The position numbers and the translations under genes were made by a program. DNA of 53,476 bases from a virus (lineage: Duplodnaviria; Caudoviricetes): IMG/VR virus record IMGVR_UViG_3300017741_000006, positions 1 to 53,476 of that record; one strand, 5' to 3'. The notes beneath the pieces are model-generated. The model ran no database searches. It was not told the DNA's origin and worked only from the letters and a program-made list of their open reading frames with translations. Positions 43,820-53,476 of the stretch are shown in pieces; position 1 is the first letter of the stretch; the number at the start of each line of letters is the position of its first letter.

Positions 43820-46800
43820 ATGGCAACTACGATCACCAGTTCAACCTTTCCTAATACCTATAAGGATGATTACTTAGATAGTGATAATTATCATAAGATC
43901 CTCTTTAATAGTGGTGTTGCTCTTCAAGCAAGAGAATTAACGCAGCTACAGACTATTATCCAAAATCAAATTAAAAGATTTGGTGATAATATCTTTTTGG
44001 AAGGTGCTGTCGTAAAACCAGGTGGTGCAAACTTAAACTCTAAGTATGAGTTTATTAAGCTGAACACTAGTGTCTATAGTCTTCCTGGAACACCATCTAG
44101 TCTCGTAGGTACATCATTTACTGGCCAATCGTCAGGTGTTGTTGCAAAGGTTTTAGAAGTAGTAGCGGCTGCGGGTTCAGACCCTGCTACACTGTATGTA
44201 CAATATACTTCTACACTTGCCTCAGCATCAACAACTTCTGATCCTATTCGTATGAATGCCGGTGAAACAATGGATAATGGTAGTACGACCTTAGTTGTAC
44301 AAACTACAAATACTATAGATGATCCAGCGACCGGTACTGGTTCCCGTTTTTCTATTGGTGAAGGTATTTACTATGCAAATGGTAATTTTATATTCGTTGA
44401 AACGCAATCAAAAATAATTTCGAAATACTCAGATGCACCAAATGCTGAGTGTGGGTTTAAGATTATTGAAGAAGTTGTGACGACAGCTGACGATACTGCA
44501 CTATTTGATAATCAAGGTGTTACGCCAAACCTGTCAGCACCTGGTGCTGATCGTTATCGTATTCGTCTTCAAATTGCCACAAAAGCAGAAATTGCTTCTG
44601 ATGAAAATTTTGTACACGTTGCAAATATCGTAGATGGTCGTATTCAGTCTGCAGTCAAGACAATTGATTCTTATAATGTGCCTAATGAATTAATTGCAAA
44701 AAGAATATCTGAAAATTCAGGCGATTACATAGTAGAACCATTTACAATTAATTTCGAAACCGACTCTGCAACTGGATTTTTAAATCTTAAAATTTCTGAC
44801 GGCATAGCGGTTGTTGAAGGATATAGAGCCGCAAAATATACCCCTACAAGTCTTAGAGTTGAAAAGGCTACAACAACAACTACAATTAATAACGACGTAA
44901 CAGCAGCTAATTATGGTAATTATGTGTTAGTAGACCCAGCCGAAGTCAAAGGCCTTCCTAACATTAATGAACTTGAGTTAGTAAATCTTAGAACAGTTGC
45001 TGATTATGGAGGATCTACTATTGGTACCGCTCGAGTGAGAGGTGTAGCTGAAGACGGAGCAAACTATAGATATTACCTCTTTGATATTGTAATGAATACT
45101 GGTCAAGCATTTAGAGATGTTAAAAGTCTTGGTACCACTAGTACAAACTATTTTAATCCTACGCTTGAGTTAGGTAAAGCTGTACTTAAAGAAACCGGAA
45201 GTACGGTTCTTTTCCCGCTTCCTCATGATAGACCTAGCACTATTGCAGATATTTCTTTAGTAACCCAGCGAAGATTCACCACTACTACTAATAGCTCTGG
45301 ACAAACAACAATTACAGTTTCAGCCAGTGGTGAAGATTTTACGAATACCGGAGATTGGGTATTTGCTAAAGCAAATGACGCAATTATTACTACTTCAGTT
45401 AGTGTAACTGGTGCTGGTACACAATCTGCTACAATCAGCGGATTACCTGCTAGTGTTACAAACTTAGAAATATTGGCTTATGTTAATAAAGGCAATGGCA
45501 TTGTTAGAGCTAAAACATTGACCGATATGTCTAGATCTATTACACCTGATGCAAGTGGAAATCTTCCTTTAGGTAAAGCTGACATTTATAGTATTACGGA
45601 AATTGTAGATGATGCCGATAGCTCAATTGACTATTCTGGTAGGTATTCACTTGACAGAGGACAAAGAGATAATTTTTATGCTTTAGGTAAGTTAGCATTA
45701 AACGGCGGTATGACAGCGCCGAGTGGATCAGTTCATGTTAAATACAAGTATTTTGAGCATGGTGTTAACGGAGATTTCTTTGCAGTTAATTCTTATACTG
45801 GTCAAGTAGAATACGGTGATATTCCTTCACACACTTTATCAAATGGAAGAACTGTTAATTTAAGATCTGTATTAGATTTTAGATCTGTACAAGACTCTGA
45901 TGGTAATTATTCCGGAATATCAACTGGAGGAAGAGTAGTAGAATTACCGCAGCCTTCAGACTTAATTAGATTTGATGGTACATATTATCAATCTTCATCT
46001 GCGCGGCTGGTAATTGATACTGAAGGAGTCATTCAATACATTAAAGGACCCACAGGATTTAATCCTTCATTACCAGAAAAGCCAGAAAGAACTTTAGGAC
46101 TATATAATATTACTCTAAATCCTAATACTATTAGTCCAAGAGATGTTAATATTAATAAGGTTGAAAACAAACGATTTACAATGGCTGATATCGCACGACT
46201 TGAAGATCGAGTTGATAAGATTGAAGAACTTACATCACTTAGTTTACTAGAATTAGATACAAATAATTTCGAAGTACTTGATTCGGCTGGAGTTAACAGA
46301 ACTAAGTCTGGCGTTGTTGTAGATAATTTCTCTACACAAGCTTTGTCTGATACTAGATCAAGAGAATATAGAGCATCAATTAATCCTTTGCGACAGATAA
46401 TGCGCCCTTGGTTTTATGAAGATAATATTAAATTAATGTATGATTCAGATGCTTCTACAAATACAATTAAGAAAGGTGATAATATATATCTTAAATATAC
46501 TGATGAAGTTTATATGGATCAAAGCTTAGCTAGTCAATCTGTTGTTATTAATCCGTTTCAAGTGGTAGTTCATGAAGGCATAATTACACTTTCTCCTGGC
46601 ACTGATGAATGGAGAGACACTGAATATATTGCAAATAAAATTATTGACGGTGGCTCTAAATTAGACACTAATCAGGCATTACTTTGGGATAATTGGACAT
46701 GGAATTGGGGCGGCACTCCTATTGAAGAATTAAAGGTAGGATCTACAACAAACTCTAAAGTTACTAATAGCGGTAATGTAACAACTACAGTAGTAAATAA

Positions 46801-47560
46801 GGTGGTGTCAGATGAAGTTGTACAAAAACTCGTAGGTGAACGGGTGATAAATGTTGCACTATTACCATTTATGAGATCTCGTAAAATTTTCTTCAAGGCT
46901 GAAGGCTTAAGACCTAACTCAAAGGTATTTGCATTTTTTGATGGACAACCAGTTGCAAGTTGGGTAAGAACCGAATCATTTACATATCATTCAGATAATG
47001 CAGTTGATTATGGCAACTTACACAGGAATGCTACTGGGCATCCTGAAACAGCAAGTACTCTTGAAACTGATGCCAACGGAATGGTTGAAGGATCGTTCTT
47101 TATTCCTCGAGGTCCAACTCTTAGCTTTAAAACAGGCACTAGAGAATTTAAGATTTTAGACATAAGTGTACCTAATGATAATGATTCATTAAGTATTGCT
47201 CGAGCGCTTTATTCATCAGTAGGTCACTTAGATACAAAACAAAAAGATTATTTATCAACAAGAATGTTAACAGTCGAAGGCACCAGCTCTACTATTCACA
47301 GACCTTATTACAGTAGCGGTGACGGTAAGTCTCATTACATAGATCCAGCTGGAAATCGTCATTTTGCTACATTACAAGACTGGATAAATGCCATGAATTC
47401 CCCGGGGCATCAGCCAGTAAGCGATCCACACCATGACTTTGCCGTTTCTCCAAATAGCAACATTAATGTAGGTACTGGTGGTATGACAGATGCTGAAAGA
47501 GACGCTATGGCAGGAAATTTCAATTCTTATTCTGGGGGTCATCACCCCACCGCGCGCTAA
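43820..47560 (+). CDS. Large virion structural protein (VrlC/DUF4815-like, N-terminal part)
   Basis: Y.DD......Y..ILF..G..LQARELTQLQTI.Q.Q, APGADRY, SG.Y.V.PF, RFTM.DI..LE.R...E..TSLSLLE, R.KSG..VDNF, PFMRSR. Confidence 0.75.
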   Translation: MATTITSSTFPNTYKDDYLDSDNYHKILFNSGVALQARELTQLQTIIQNQIKRFGDNIFLEGAVVKPGGANLNSKYEFIKLNTSVYSLPGTPSSLVGTSFTGQSSGVVAKVLEVVAAAGSDPATLYVQYTSTLASASTTSDPIRMNAGETMDNGSTTLVVQTTNTIDDPATGTGSRFSIGEGIYYANGNFIFVETQSKIISKYSDAPNAECGFKIIEEVVTTADDTALFDNQGVTPNLSAPGADRYRIRLQIATKAEIASDENFVHVANIVDGRIQSAVKTIDSYNVPNELIAKRISENSGDYIVEPFTINFETDSATGFLNLKISDGIAVVEGYRAAKYTPTSLRVEKATTTTTINNDVTAANYGNYVLVDPAEVKGLPNINELELVNLRTVADYGGSTIGTARVRGVAEDGANYRYYLFDIVMNTGQAFRDVKSLGTTSTNYFNPTLELGKAVLKETGSTVLFPLPHDRPSTIADISLVTQRRFTTTTNSSGQTTITVSASGEDFTNTGDWVFAKANDAIITTSVSVTGAGTQSATISGLPASVTNLEILAYVNKGNGIVRAKTLTDMSRSITPDASGNLPLGKADIYSITEIVDDADSSIDYSGRYSLDRGQRDNFYALGKLALNGGMTAPSGSVHVKYKYFEHGVNGDFFAVNSYTGQVEYGDIPSHTLSNGRTVNLRSVLDFRSVQDSDGNYSGISTGGRVVELPQPSDLIRFDGTYYQSSSARLVIDTEGVIQYIKGPTGFNPSLPEKPERTLGLYNITLNPNTISPRDVNINKVENKRFTMADIARLEDRVDKIEELTSLSLLELDTNNFEVLDSAGVNRTKSGVVVDNFSTQALSDTRSREYRASINPLRQIMRPWFYEDNIKLMYDSDASTNTIKKGDNIYLKYTDEVYMDQSLASQSVVINPFQVVVHEGIITLSPGTDEWRDTEYIANKIIDGGSKLDTNQALLWDNWTWNWGGTPIEELKVGSTTNSKVTNSGNVTTTVVNKVVSDEVVQKLVGERVINVALLPFMRSRKIFFKAEGLRPNSKVFAFFDGQPVASWVRTESFTYHSDNAVDYGNLHRNATGHPETASTLETDANGMVEGSFFIPRGPTLSFKTGTREFKILDISVPNDNDSLSIARALYSSVGHLDTKQKDYLSTRMLTVEGTSSTIHRPYYSSGDGKSHYIDPAGNRHFATLQDWINAMNSPGHQPVSDPHHDFAVSPNSNINVGTGGMTDAERDAMAGNFNSYSGGHHPTAR

Positions 47561-47572
47561 GGAGCCTTAATA

Positions 47573-49141
47573 ATGGCAACCTCATTAGGTTACAAACTAA
47601 ATAAACATCCAATTGCACAATCGTTTTTTGTGGATAAAATATCTGGTATATACGTTACAAAAATTGATTTGTTTTTTGCGCAAAAAGATGTAGATTTTCC
47701 AGTTACTTTACAGCTAAGGCCGATGGATAATGGATATCCTTCAGCTACAGAAATTATTCCGGGATCACAAGTAGTAACTGCCGGATCAAGTGTCAACACT
47801 TCTACCGATGCTACATCTGCTACTACGTTTACTTTTCCTGAGCCAGTATACTTAAAAGGCCTAACAGATTATGCTATAGTATTGACTGCAGATTCAATTG
47901 ATTATGAAGTTTACATTGCTCAAACAAATGAATTCTTAGTAGGATCTACTGAAAAAAGAGTAGATCGCCAACCCACATCCGGATCATTGTTTTATTCTCA
48001 AAATAATGTTACCTTTACTGCTGCACAAAACCAAGATTTAACATTCAAAATACATAAAGCTAAATTCTTACATTCAACTGGAACTGCGGTTCTTAATAAT
48101 GCAGATGTACCTAGGTATTTACTGACTGAAAACGCTTTGACATTTACTCAAGGCAGCAGTACCGTAAGAGTAAAACACGTTAATTGTGGCTTACATGTAG
48201 GAGAAGACATTACTATTGCAGGTGTAGATTCGGGTGGATTTGCCGGTATTGATGAATCACATTTAAATGGTACTCACACAGTTACTGCTGTTGATTGGAC
48301 TGGTTATTCGTTTACTGCAGGTGCTACAGCTACGGCAACGGCTGATGCAGGAAATAATGCAATTACTGCCACTACAAATATTCCATATACCATTATTTAT
48401 CCTCATGTGCAAACTCTCATGCCTAATAATACATCTATTAGCGCTGGCTTAAAGGCAACAACAGGTAAATCATTTGCTGGAACAGAGACTGCGTTTCAAA
48501 AAAGCGCATCATTTGCGAATGTTCAATTAAATTCAAATAATTTAGCAGCTGTGCCATATGTAGTTGCTAATGCTGGAAGTGAGGCATCAGAGTTAGGGTC
48601 TAATCAAAAATCATTAGATCTTTCCCTTAATATGTCTTCATCAGATAGTAACGTTTCTCCTATGATTGACATGCAGAGAGTATCAGCAACTCTTGTTAAT
48701 AATCTTGTAGATAGACCAGCTTCAGCAGCCACATCTGGATTTAATTCACAATTTAATTTTGTTGATGAAACTTCTGCTTCAGGCGGATCGGCGGCCGCGA
48801 AGCACGTTTCTACACCTGTTACTTTACAACAAGATGCCGTGGGTCTTAAGATCATCTTAACTGCAAATAGACCATCAACGACAGACTTTCAAGTTTATTA
48901 TAGAACAGCTACAGATGATCAAAATTTGTATGAGCAAGATTATAGTTTGTTATTAGAGGAAACAAATAATCCTACTGATGAGTCTCCGAGAATATTTAGA
49001 GAATATCGATATCTTGCTGGTGGGCTTGGTGGAGACTTACTAGCCTTTACTCAATTCCAAACTAAGATTGTACTTAGATCTACAAATGCTGCTAAAGTTC
49101 CAGTTATAAAAGATTTAAGAGCAATCGCGATGAGCGTATAA
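47573..49141 (+). CDS. Virion structural protein (VrlC-like C-terminal part)
   Basis: PIAQSF, TKIDLFF, F..PVYL, GSLF.SQN, SP.ID, F..FQ.KIV, P.IKDLRAIA. Confidence 0.75.
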   Translation: MATSLGYKLNKHPIAQSFFVDKISGIYVTKIDLFFAQKDVDFPVTLQLRPMDNGYPSATEIIPGSQVVTAGSSVNTSTDATSATTFTFPEPVYLKGLTDYAIVLTADSIDYEVYIAQTNEFLVGSTEKRVDRQPTSGSLFYSQNNVTFTAAQNQDLTFKIHKAKFLHSTGTAVLNNADVPRYLLTENALTFTQGSSTVRVKHVNCGLHVGEDITIAGVDSGGFAGIDESHLNGTHTVTAVDWTGYSFTAGATATATADAGNNAITATTNIPYTIIYPHVQTLMPNNTSISAGLKATTGKSFAGTETAFQKSASFANVQLNSNNLAAVPYVVANAGSEASELGSNQKSLDLSLNMSSSDSNVSPMIDMQRVSATLVNNLVDRPASAATSGFNSQFNFVDETSASGGSAAAKHVSTPVTLQQDAVGLKIILTANRPSTTDFQVYYRTATDDQNLYEQDYSLLLEETNNPTDESPRIFREYRYLAGGLGGDLLAFTQFQTKIVLRSTNAAKVPVIKDLRAIAMSV

Positions 49142-49344
49142 TGAGTCGATTAAAGGTTGAAGGGCATACTAATCTAGTACGAGATACAAATTCAGGTGCT
49201 ATACTGAATATAAATAAATCAGAAGTAGAAATTGCAAGAGCACGAAAAGAAGCTCGTAGAAAAAAAGATAAAGAGTTCGAAGATCTAAAAAATGAAGTTG
49301 GTGAGATTAAAGATCTGCTTCACAAACTTATAGAGAAGATGTAA
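49141..49344 (+). CDS. Conserved small coiled-coil protein
   Basis: KVEGH.NLVRD..SGAILN, LK.EV.EIK.LL. Confidence 0.7.
   Translation: MSRLKVEGHTNLVRDTNSGAILNINKSEVEIARARKEARRKKDKEFEDLKNEVGEIKDLLHKLIEKM
49209..49216 (+). promoter_or_regulatory. Possible late promoter
   Basis: Exact TATAAATA about 130 nt upstream of 49344. Confidence 0.4.
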
Positions 49345-50051
49345 TGGCAAAGACAGTTGTAAATTTATCAGACCAAATGGCGGTGTTTGTTCAAAAAACA
49401 AACCTAATTTCAACGCATGTCGGTGATCTAGTCACTCTTACAACAACACATGATTCTGATCTAGTTGGAGCCATTAATGAACTTGACAGCGCGCAAGGCA
49501 CTATAGCATCTTTATCTACTACAGATAAGTCCAGTTTAGTTGCTGCTGTTAATGAAGTAAAAGGCGAAGTAAATAACTTTGGTTCTGGATTTTCTGGATT
49601 TTTAAGATCAAATGCAGATGACGTAGTAACTGCAGGTTCTATTCGCTTTGACGATGCAGTTCCGTTAGTGATTGGTTCTGATAGTGACTTTACTATTACT
49701 CATAGTGGTGGTACAACAACTGCTGCTGGCGATATTACATTTACTGGTGCTATTACTGGTAATGCTGCAACGGCATCTCAATTACAAACTGCTCGTACTA
49801 TTTCATTAACTGGTGCAGTAAGTGGTTCAGTGTCTTTTGACGGATCATCAACTGTTTCTATGACAACGTCATTTGCAGGTGGTGGTAGCGGTGGAATTGG
49901 TACTGCTAACTTAGATGATAGTTGTATTACGACTGATAAAATTGTTCTTGGAGCTATAACAGCTCCAAAGCTTCACGATCCGGTACTTCTTATTATTTAC
50001 AATTCAAGCGGTTCTATAGTTAAAGCGCTTCACGGTATTGGAATGAATTAA
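49344..50051 (+). CDS. Short tail/collar fibre protein
   Basis: Duplicated LTT....LV.A.NE motif; GNAATA..L.TAR.ISL.G.V.GS.SFDGS fibre motif. Confidence 0.65.
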   Translation: MAKTVVNLSDQMAVFVQKTNLISTHVGDLVTLTTTHDSDLVGAINELDSAQGTIASLSTTDKSSLVAAVNEVKGEVNNFGSGFSGFLRSNADDVVTAGSIRFDDAVPLVIGSDSDFTITHSGGTTTAAGDITFTGAITGNAATASQLQTARTISLTGAVSGSVSFDGSSTVSMTTSFAGGGSGGIGTANLDDSCITTDKIVLGAITAPKLHDPVLLIIYNSSGSIVKALHGIGMN

Positions 50052-50056
50052 ATACA

Positions 50057-50983
50057 ATGGCAGTTAGAACTCCGCTTTATCTTGATGGCACTGATTTAAA
50101 GGAAATGTCTTCTAGTATGATCTCGAATATTAAATCGAGGTGTGTATACATGTATGGAGCCAATCCTTCAGTAGATATAGCTGTAGTAGGATCTGGTGGT
50201 AACATTTCTCCAAACATGACTGATACTCGAACTCAAGCAGGCGCTGCTGGATCAAGTTATTCTAATTTTTCGTTTAGCATAGCTGGTGTGTCTACTGTTA
50301 CAGTTAATTATGATAGAATTACACAGAATGTTGAATCAGTATCTCAAGATAACGACACAAATAATATAAGAAACTTTATTTACCAAAGTAGTGGTAACTT
50401 ATATGCTATGTCTCATACTGATATGTATGACACTTTTTATAATGATGTACTTAATACCATTGTAGATGGCTCTGATAGACCTGGTACATATAGAGTTGCA
50501 ACTTCTACTTCTCAAAGTAACATGACTCTTATGTCAAGTACACCTGTTTTTCAAGATACTCGAGCAAACACGGGGGCATACACTTCAGGAGGAATTCCCG
50601 AAACTTTAGATCAGCCTACTACTATTGCAAATTATTACGTGCATAGAGTTAATCAAAGTATTATGTCAAATCCTAGTATTACTGCTCCAATGTATATTAG
50701 ATCAGACGGAAATATCCAGCAATATACTGACAGTCAAATAAATACTATATTACAAAATGACATTAGATATTGGGGAAACCAAAAGATTAGATATAGTGTA
50801 AATGGCACAGGTAACAACAGAGGATCTGGTATGTCAAATACTAAATTAAATAGTAGCACTAGATCAAATAGACAAGATGGTACAACAGGGTACCCATCTA
50901 CTCAATATAGATCTCAACAGTTCCCTTCTGGTAGCGCAGTTACTAATAATACTTATTATTTACGAATTTATAGGAATTCATAA
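50057..50983 (+). CDS. Putative virion structural protein
   Basis: Ser/Thr/Asn-rich; internal repeats (PLYLDG..LKEMS / PMYIRSDGNIQQYT; two DTR...GA). Confidence 0.55.
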   Translation: MAVRTPLYLDGTDLKEMSSSMISNIKSRCVYMYGANPSVDIAVVGSGGNISPNMTDTRTQAGAAGSSYSNFSFSIAGVSTVTVNYDRITQNVESVSQDNDTNNIRNFIYQSSGNLYAMSHTDMYDTFYNDVLNTIVDGSDRPGTYRVATSTSQSNMTLMSSTPVFQDTRANTGAYTSGGIPETLDQPTTIANYYVHRVNQSIMSNPSITAPMYIRSDGNIQQYTDSQINTILQNDIRYWGNQKIRYSVNGTGNNRGSGMSNTKLNSSTRSNRQDGTTGYPSTQYRSQQFPSGSAVTNNTYYLRIYRNS

Positions 50984-50984
50984 A

Positions 50985-51476
50985 ATGCAAGGACACAAAT
51001 TTTTAAATGCTTATTTTACTGATGAAGAAAGAACTACAGTTGAGTCGTTGTGGGAAGAAGAGTCTACAGGAACAGTAAGAGCTGAAATAATCGAATGTAA
51101 AGAAGGTGATGTTGCTTGGGAAGATCTTCTGACTCATGTGGATATTGACACCCTACATGAGATGACATTCAAGCGAATCAGAGCTCTTGATAATGAATAC
51201 AAAGATCAAGTTATAGCCATTGCGAAAGAACGTGGAATGGTTTATGATATTGATTCAGTTAACACTGATGTCTACAAGGCGATCGCTGCTACACTGTTTG
51301 CATCTTTTGACCCTACTGAAGATAAAGAAAAGTTGTTCATGTTTAAGCTACAGTTATTTGAAGTTGAACAGATTCGGGACTCAAAAGATAAAGAAGGAAA
51401 GAAAAAGATTAGACAAGCTAAAACAATGTTAACAGCTTGCCAGGCAGCAATCAGTGTTTATCAAGGAAATACTTAG
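50985..51476 (+). CDS. Hypothetical protein (possible fibre chaperone)
   Basis: AGGA SD; acidic N-half and LF.FKL.LFE...I C-half; follows fibre genes. Confidence 0.55.
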   Translation: MQGHKFLNAYFTDEERTTVESLWEEESTGTVRAEIIECKEGDVAWEDLLTHVDIDTLHEMTFKRIRALDNEYKDQVIAIAKERGMVYDIDSVNTDVYKAIAATLFASFDPTEDKEKLFMFKLQLFEVEQIRDSKDKEGKKKIRQAKTMLTACQAAISVYQGNT

Positions 51477-52008
51477 TCCACCATCCTTCTTGCTGCATAA
51501 ACTCATATCTTTGATTAAACAGATAAACCTCATACTCTTGCTCTTCTTGGATTGTTTGATAAGAACAAAATCCATTACTATATGTTAATGGCTGAAACAA
51601 TTCATACAGGTATTGATCTATTCCAAGATTATAAATGAGCATATACTTATCTGGATTGTATTTAAACTTATCATAGATGTGTGAGTAATCTCCATTCCAA
51701 GATATGATACTTGAATTAAGAGGTGTGTGGTATGGTTTCCTCCACCACGCATGACATACTGTCAGTTCATTTCTCATAAACTGATTACAATCTCCTTTAA
51801 TTAGAACATCCAAATCAAAATAAATGTTTTGGCCATCTCTAAACTTGTCAAACATTAACAACTTGTCATAGACCCCTCCATACTCTTCTTGGTCTATGAC
51901 TTCAAATGAAGTATAGTTTAGCTGAGAATAATTATCAATCATATGCTTTAAGTTATCGGTATACCACTGACTATACTTGTCACCTGTATTAACGCACACT
52001 ACTCTCAT
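51451..52008 (-). CDS. GT-A fold glycosyltransferase-like protein
   Basis: C...G.KY...Y..NL..M, KL..F, YFDLDV.I, NSSI..W, G.DQYL. Confidence 0.7.
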   Translation of the reverse strand: MRVVCVNTGDKYSQWYTDNLKHMIDNYSQLNYTSFEVIDQEEYGGVYDKLLMFDKFRDGQNIYFDLDVLIKGDCNQFMRNELTVCHAWWRKPYHTPLNSSIISWNGDYSHIYDKFKYNPDKYMLIYNLGIDQYLYELFQPLTYSNGFCSYQTIQEEQEYEVYLFNQRYEFMQQEGWWTKYFLDKH

Positions 52009-52400
52009 AATAAACACACATTTTTGGCAAAAGATCTTTTTCTTTCGTCTATAGAGGAATGATAACAATCATTCAAATCAATGAAATAAATATCTTTTGA
52101 ATCTTGACATCTAATAAAATTGTATCTGTCATAATTGTTGATAGTGAACCTATCTTCTCTCATAACACACAAAGGCCATACAATAGATTCCATTTCTAAA
52201 TTTGATATAGGAAGACCTTTGATAAAGACAGATTCATACCATATAATATTATCGTTTAGTTCAAAATTGAAGTCTGGTATAATTATATCACCAAAAGTAT
52301 CTTTTTTCTGTTGAAGTTCTTTCAAATTTTTATTAGCAAAATGCGCTAACTCATCATTTCTGTATTCAATAACTTTTTTGATGGTAAATGACACTATCAT
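52005..52400 (-). CDS. Hypothetical protein, weakly kinase-like
   Basis: IKG.P, NFI...IYFIDL resembles an APH/LPS-kinase C-lobe; catalytic Asp not evident. Confidence 0.4.
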   Translation of the reverse strand: MIVSFTIKKVIEYRNDELAHFANKNLKELQQKKDTFGDIIIPDFNFELNDNIIWYESVFIKGLPISNLEMESIVWPLCVMREDRFTINNYDRYNFIRCQDSKDIYFIDLNDCYHSSIDERKRSFAKNVCLL

Positions 52401-52410
52401 TGTTTTTTGT

Positions 52411-53475
52411 TTATTTGTGTAGTACATCTATAAAATCTTGCCACATAGGCCGCCAATCTAAGTTTCTATACAACGATAGTTTATCACAATAAGCCATGAA
52501 GTCACTCAAAGGTCTAACAGGATCTCTTACAAGTTCAGCTACAATATAAGGATGTTGTTCACTATACATCTCAACGTATTTTTGTTTTAGATGATCAGGT
52601 AAATTTCTTATACTTAAATATTTTGGACCTCTTACAATATTATCAAAATCTATACGAGATCTCAAGTTAAATTTATTCATGTAATATTTTCTTATTTCAA
52701 ACACATCAGCAATGTTTAGAAGAGAGATAGTACAGTCTAACTTAAATTCTATCTTAGGATAGTATTCTGAAATTTCTGCTAGGTTGTTTTCAAATTGACT
52801 AACATCAATGGGATATCTCATATAGCTTAGTTTATCTTGATAGTGATCTACAGAAACACCTAAATGAAATATTTTAAACTTTTCAGCTAAATCTAAAATA
52901 CTTTTATTTTTATAACGTATTTCAGTAAGATTTGTTGATTGTCCCACTGTTATATTTTTAGCGTGCTCATCTGGTATGCGTTCAAGTAACTCCCAATACT
53001 TAGGAAGCTGTAAAGTCTCTCCTCCCATCATTTGAAATTTAGAAACTAGATGAATATTTTCTATTAAATGATCGACATATTTATGCCAGTCGCTGTATTT
53101 TACATTAACATTTGCAATTTGATCTAGTTCACCTCCAATAAATCTTTTATAATTATCATCATTTGTATACGGAAATATTTTTGATAATTCTTGTTGTCTA
53201 GTAGTTGAGTTATATGGATGACACATATAACAAGATAAGTTGCAGTAGTTTCCAAGATATCTGACTTTAATTGTGACTTTTCCTACTTCAGGATCATATC
53301 CATGTTTTCCAAATGATTTAATCCGATACGAAGTACCTGAAGCCTCTTCCATCTGATAACAAGTAGCACAAGCAGGAATTTTTTCTCCTTCAAACATTTT
53401 TTGTCTTATATCTTCCATCTCATCAGATAAGAAATATTCAAACGGCAAAGTTTTATCTTCTTTAAATCTAATCAT
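52411..53475 (-). CDS. Radical SAM protein with an N-terminal twitch/SPASM-like segment (probably 5'-truncated by the window edge)
   Basis: CNLSCYMC (CxxxCxxC, 53221-53244), GGE, TN, SVD, Y.RYP; upstream R..M..G....C..C...E. Confidence 0.85.
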   Translation of the reverse strand: MIRFKEDKTLPFEYFLSDEMEDIRQKMFEGEKIPACATCYQMEEASGTSYRIKSFGKHGYDPEVGKVTIKVRYLGNYCNLSCYMCHPYNSTTRQQELSKIFPYTNDDNYKRFIGGELDQIANVNVKYSDWHKYVDHLIENIHLVSKFQMMGGETLQLPKYWELLERIPDEHAKNITVGQSTNLTEIRYKNKSILDLAEKFKIFHLGVSVDHYQDKLSYMRYPIDVSQFENNLAEISEYYPKIEFKLDCTISLLNIADVFEIRKYYMNKFNLRSRIDFDNIVRGPKYLSIRNLPDHLKQKYVEMYSEQHPYIVAELVRDPVRPLSDFMAYCDKLSLYRNLDWRPMWQDFIDVLHK

Positions 53476-53476
53476 A

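Noticed and set aside
1-53476. Genome-wide stop-codon reassignment
   Set aside because: Core genes are full length in code 11, all three stops are used at gene ends, and no suppressor tRNA is present

Overview
AT-rich segment of a T4-like (Tevenvirinae/Kyanoviridae-style) myovirus genome. It is probably marine and probably infects an alphaproteobacterium; this is inferred from the class II RNR, DUF1289, GTA-type holin and the cyanophage/pelagiphage-like gene set. Left to right: the end of a fibre/lectin gene array, a 3TM holin, nrdJ, a GIY-YIG nuclease, rnh, denV, phoH and an exonuclease; a 6.4-kb ten-gene glycosyltransferase/methyltransferase operon; small-ORF cassettes each headed by a repeated early promoter (GTGTAC-N18-TATAAT); four tRNAs (Arg-TCT, Leu-TAA, Thr-TGT, Asn-GTT); gp33 and gp32; a minus-strand tail/head-completion block (gp4, gp2, gp54, gp26, gp51-like, tape measure); a plus-strand baseplate block (gp48, gp53, hub, a gp5 split over several genes, gp25, gp6, gp7-like, gp9/10-like, gp8, split VrlC-like, fibres); and the start of a minus-strand radical-SAM/glycosyltransferase island. 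The most notable observations are: (1) a T-TTT-TTT slippery site that would fuse gp26 to an unannotated gp51-like ORF by -1 frameshifting just upstream of the tape measure gene, as in lambda G/GT; (2) the late-promoter glycosylation operon; (3) two ORFs whose stop codon is U8-A9-G10 of a tRNA; (4) a structured RNA candidate between gp32 and the tape measure gene; (5) a tail amidase domain that has lost most catalytic residues. All assignments come from motif recognition by eye; no searches were run.
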